Shown in pieces: positions 31,886 through 32,000 of a DNA stretch of 32,000 bases. A program made the translations under genes and the position numbers. The stretch spans positions 249,766 to 281,765 of the forward strand of contig LVZN01000001.1 in the NCBI GenBank assembly GCA_001695645.1, given 5' to 3'. The notes under the pieces are model-generated. The model made no database searches. It saw nothing but the letters and a program-made list of their open reading frames with translations, and was not told where the DNA came from. Positions within the stretch are counted from its first letter, which is position 1, and the number at the start of each line of letters is the position of its first letter. The stretch comes from Erysipelotrichaceae bacterium MTC7 (lineage in GTDB: Bacteria > Bacillota_I > Bacilli_A > Erysipelotrichales > Erysipelotrichaceae).

Positions 31886-31918
31886 GAAAAAACACATGAT
31901 TCGTTCATGTGTTTTTTT
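31886..31918. terminator. bidirectional intrinsic terminator
   Basis: A5-ACACATGA-TTCGT-TCATGTGT-T7. Confidence 0.7.
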
Positions 31919-32000
31919 ATTATGGCGCTCTAAAATATCGTGTGGCTGTGGCTAAGCTATAAAATTAAGTGTGTCTATTTCCGAACCCCTTTAAAATTAA

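Overview
Low-GC Firmicutes-type chromosome segment. It has T-box leaders, an S-box riboswitch, a PTS and lipobox lipoproteins; the exact taxon cannot be determined from the sequence alone. Almost all genes are on the minus strand. From left to right: (1) An ABC importer of the PF04392 'tryptophan/tyrosine-type' family with two paralogous binding-protein genes. Each has its own promoter and T-box leader, and the specifier codons differ by one base (UAC Tyr vs UUC Phe). (2) Housekeeping genes: a TIM-barrel sugar-phosphate isomerase/epimerase, tRNA-Asn, an IMPase-family gene, a tRNA Leu-Cys-Leu cluster, and map. (3) A ~15.7-kb glycan-utilisation locus at 7.2-22.9 kb. Two very large secreted, C-terminally anchored, multi-modular GH92 (alpha-mannosidase family) proteins of 1846 and 1718 aa flank a fructose/mannose-family PTS (IIA-IIC-IIB). 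A ManR/MtlR/LicR-type PRD-containing activator lies upstream. All four transcription units carry the same palindrome, TTTTGTAA-N7-TTACAAAA, 30-31 nt upstream of their -10 boxes. (4) A Met T-box followed by metG, a membrane-tethered GNAT and a nitroreductase, then an S-box (SAM-I) riboswitch followed by metK. (5) ArsC/Spx-like and DtxR-family genes convergent with a feoA-feoA-feoB-small Cys-rich gene operon, whose upstream region is packed with (G/C)TAACT motifs. No transposase, integrase, CRISPR array or rRNA was seen. The most interesting material is the regulon-like architecture of the GH92/PTS locus and the twin T-box binding-protein duplication.
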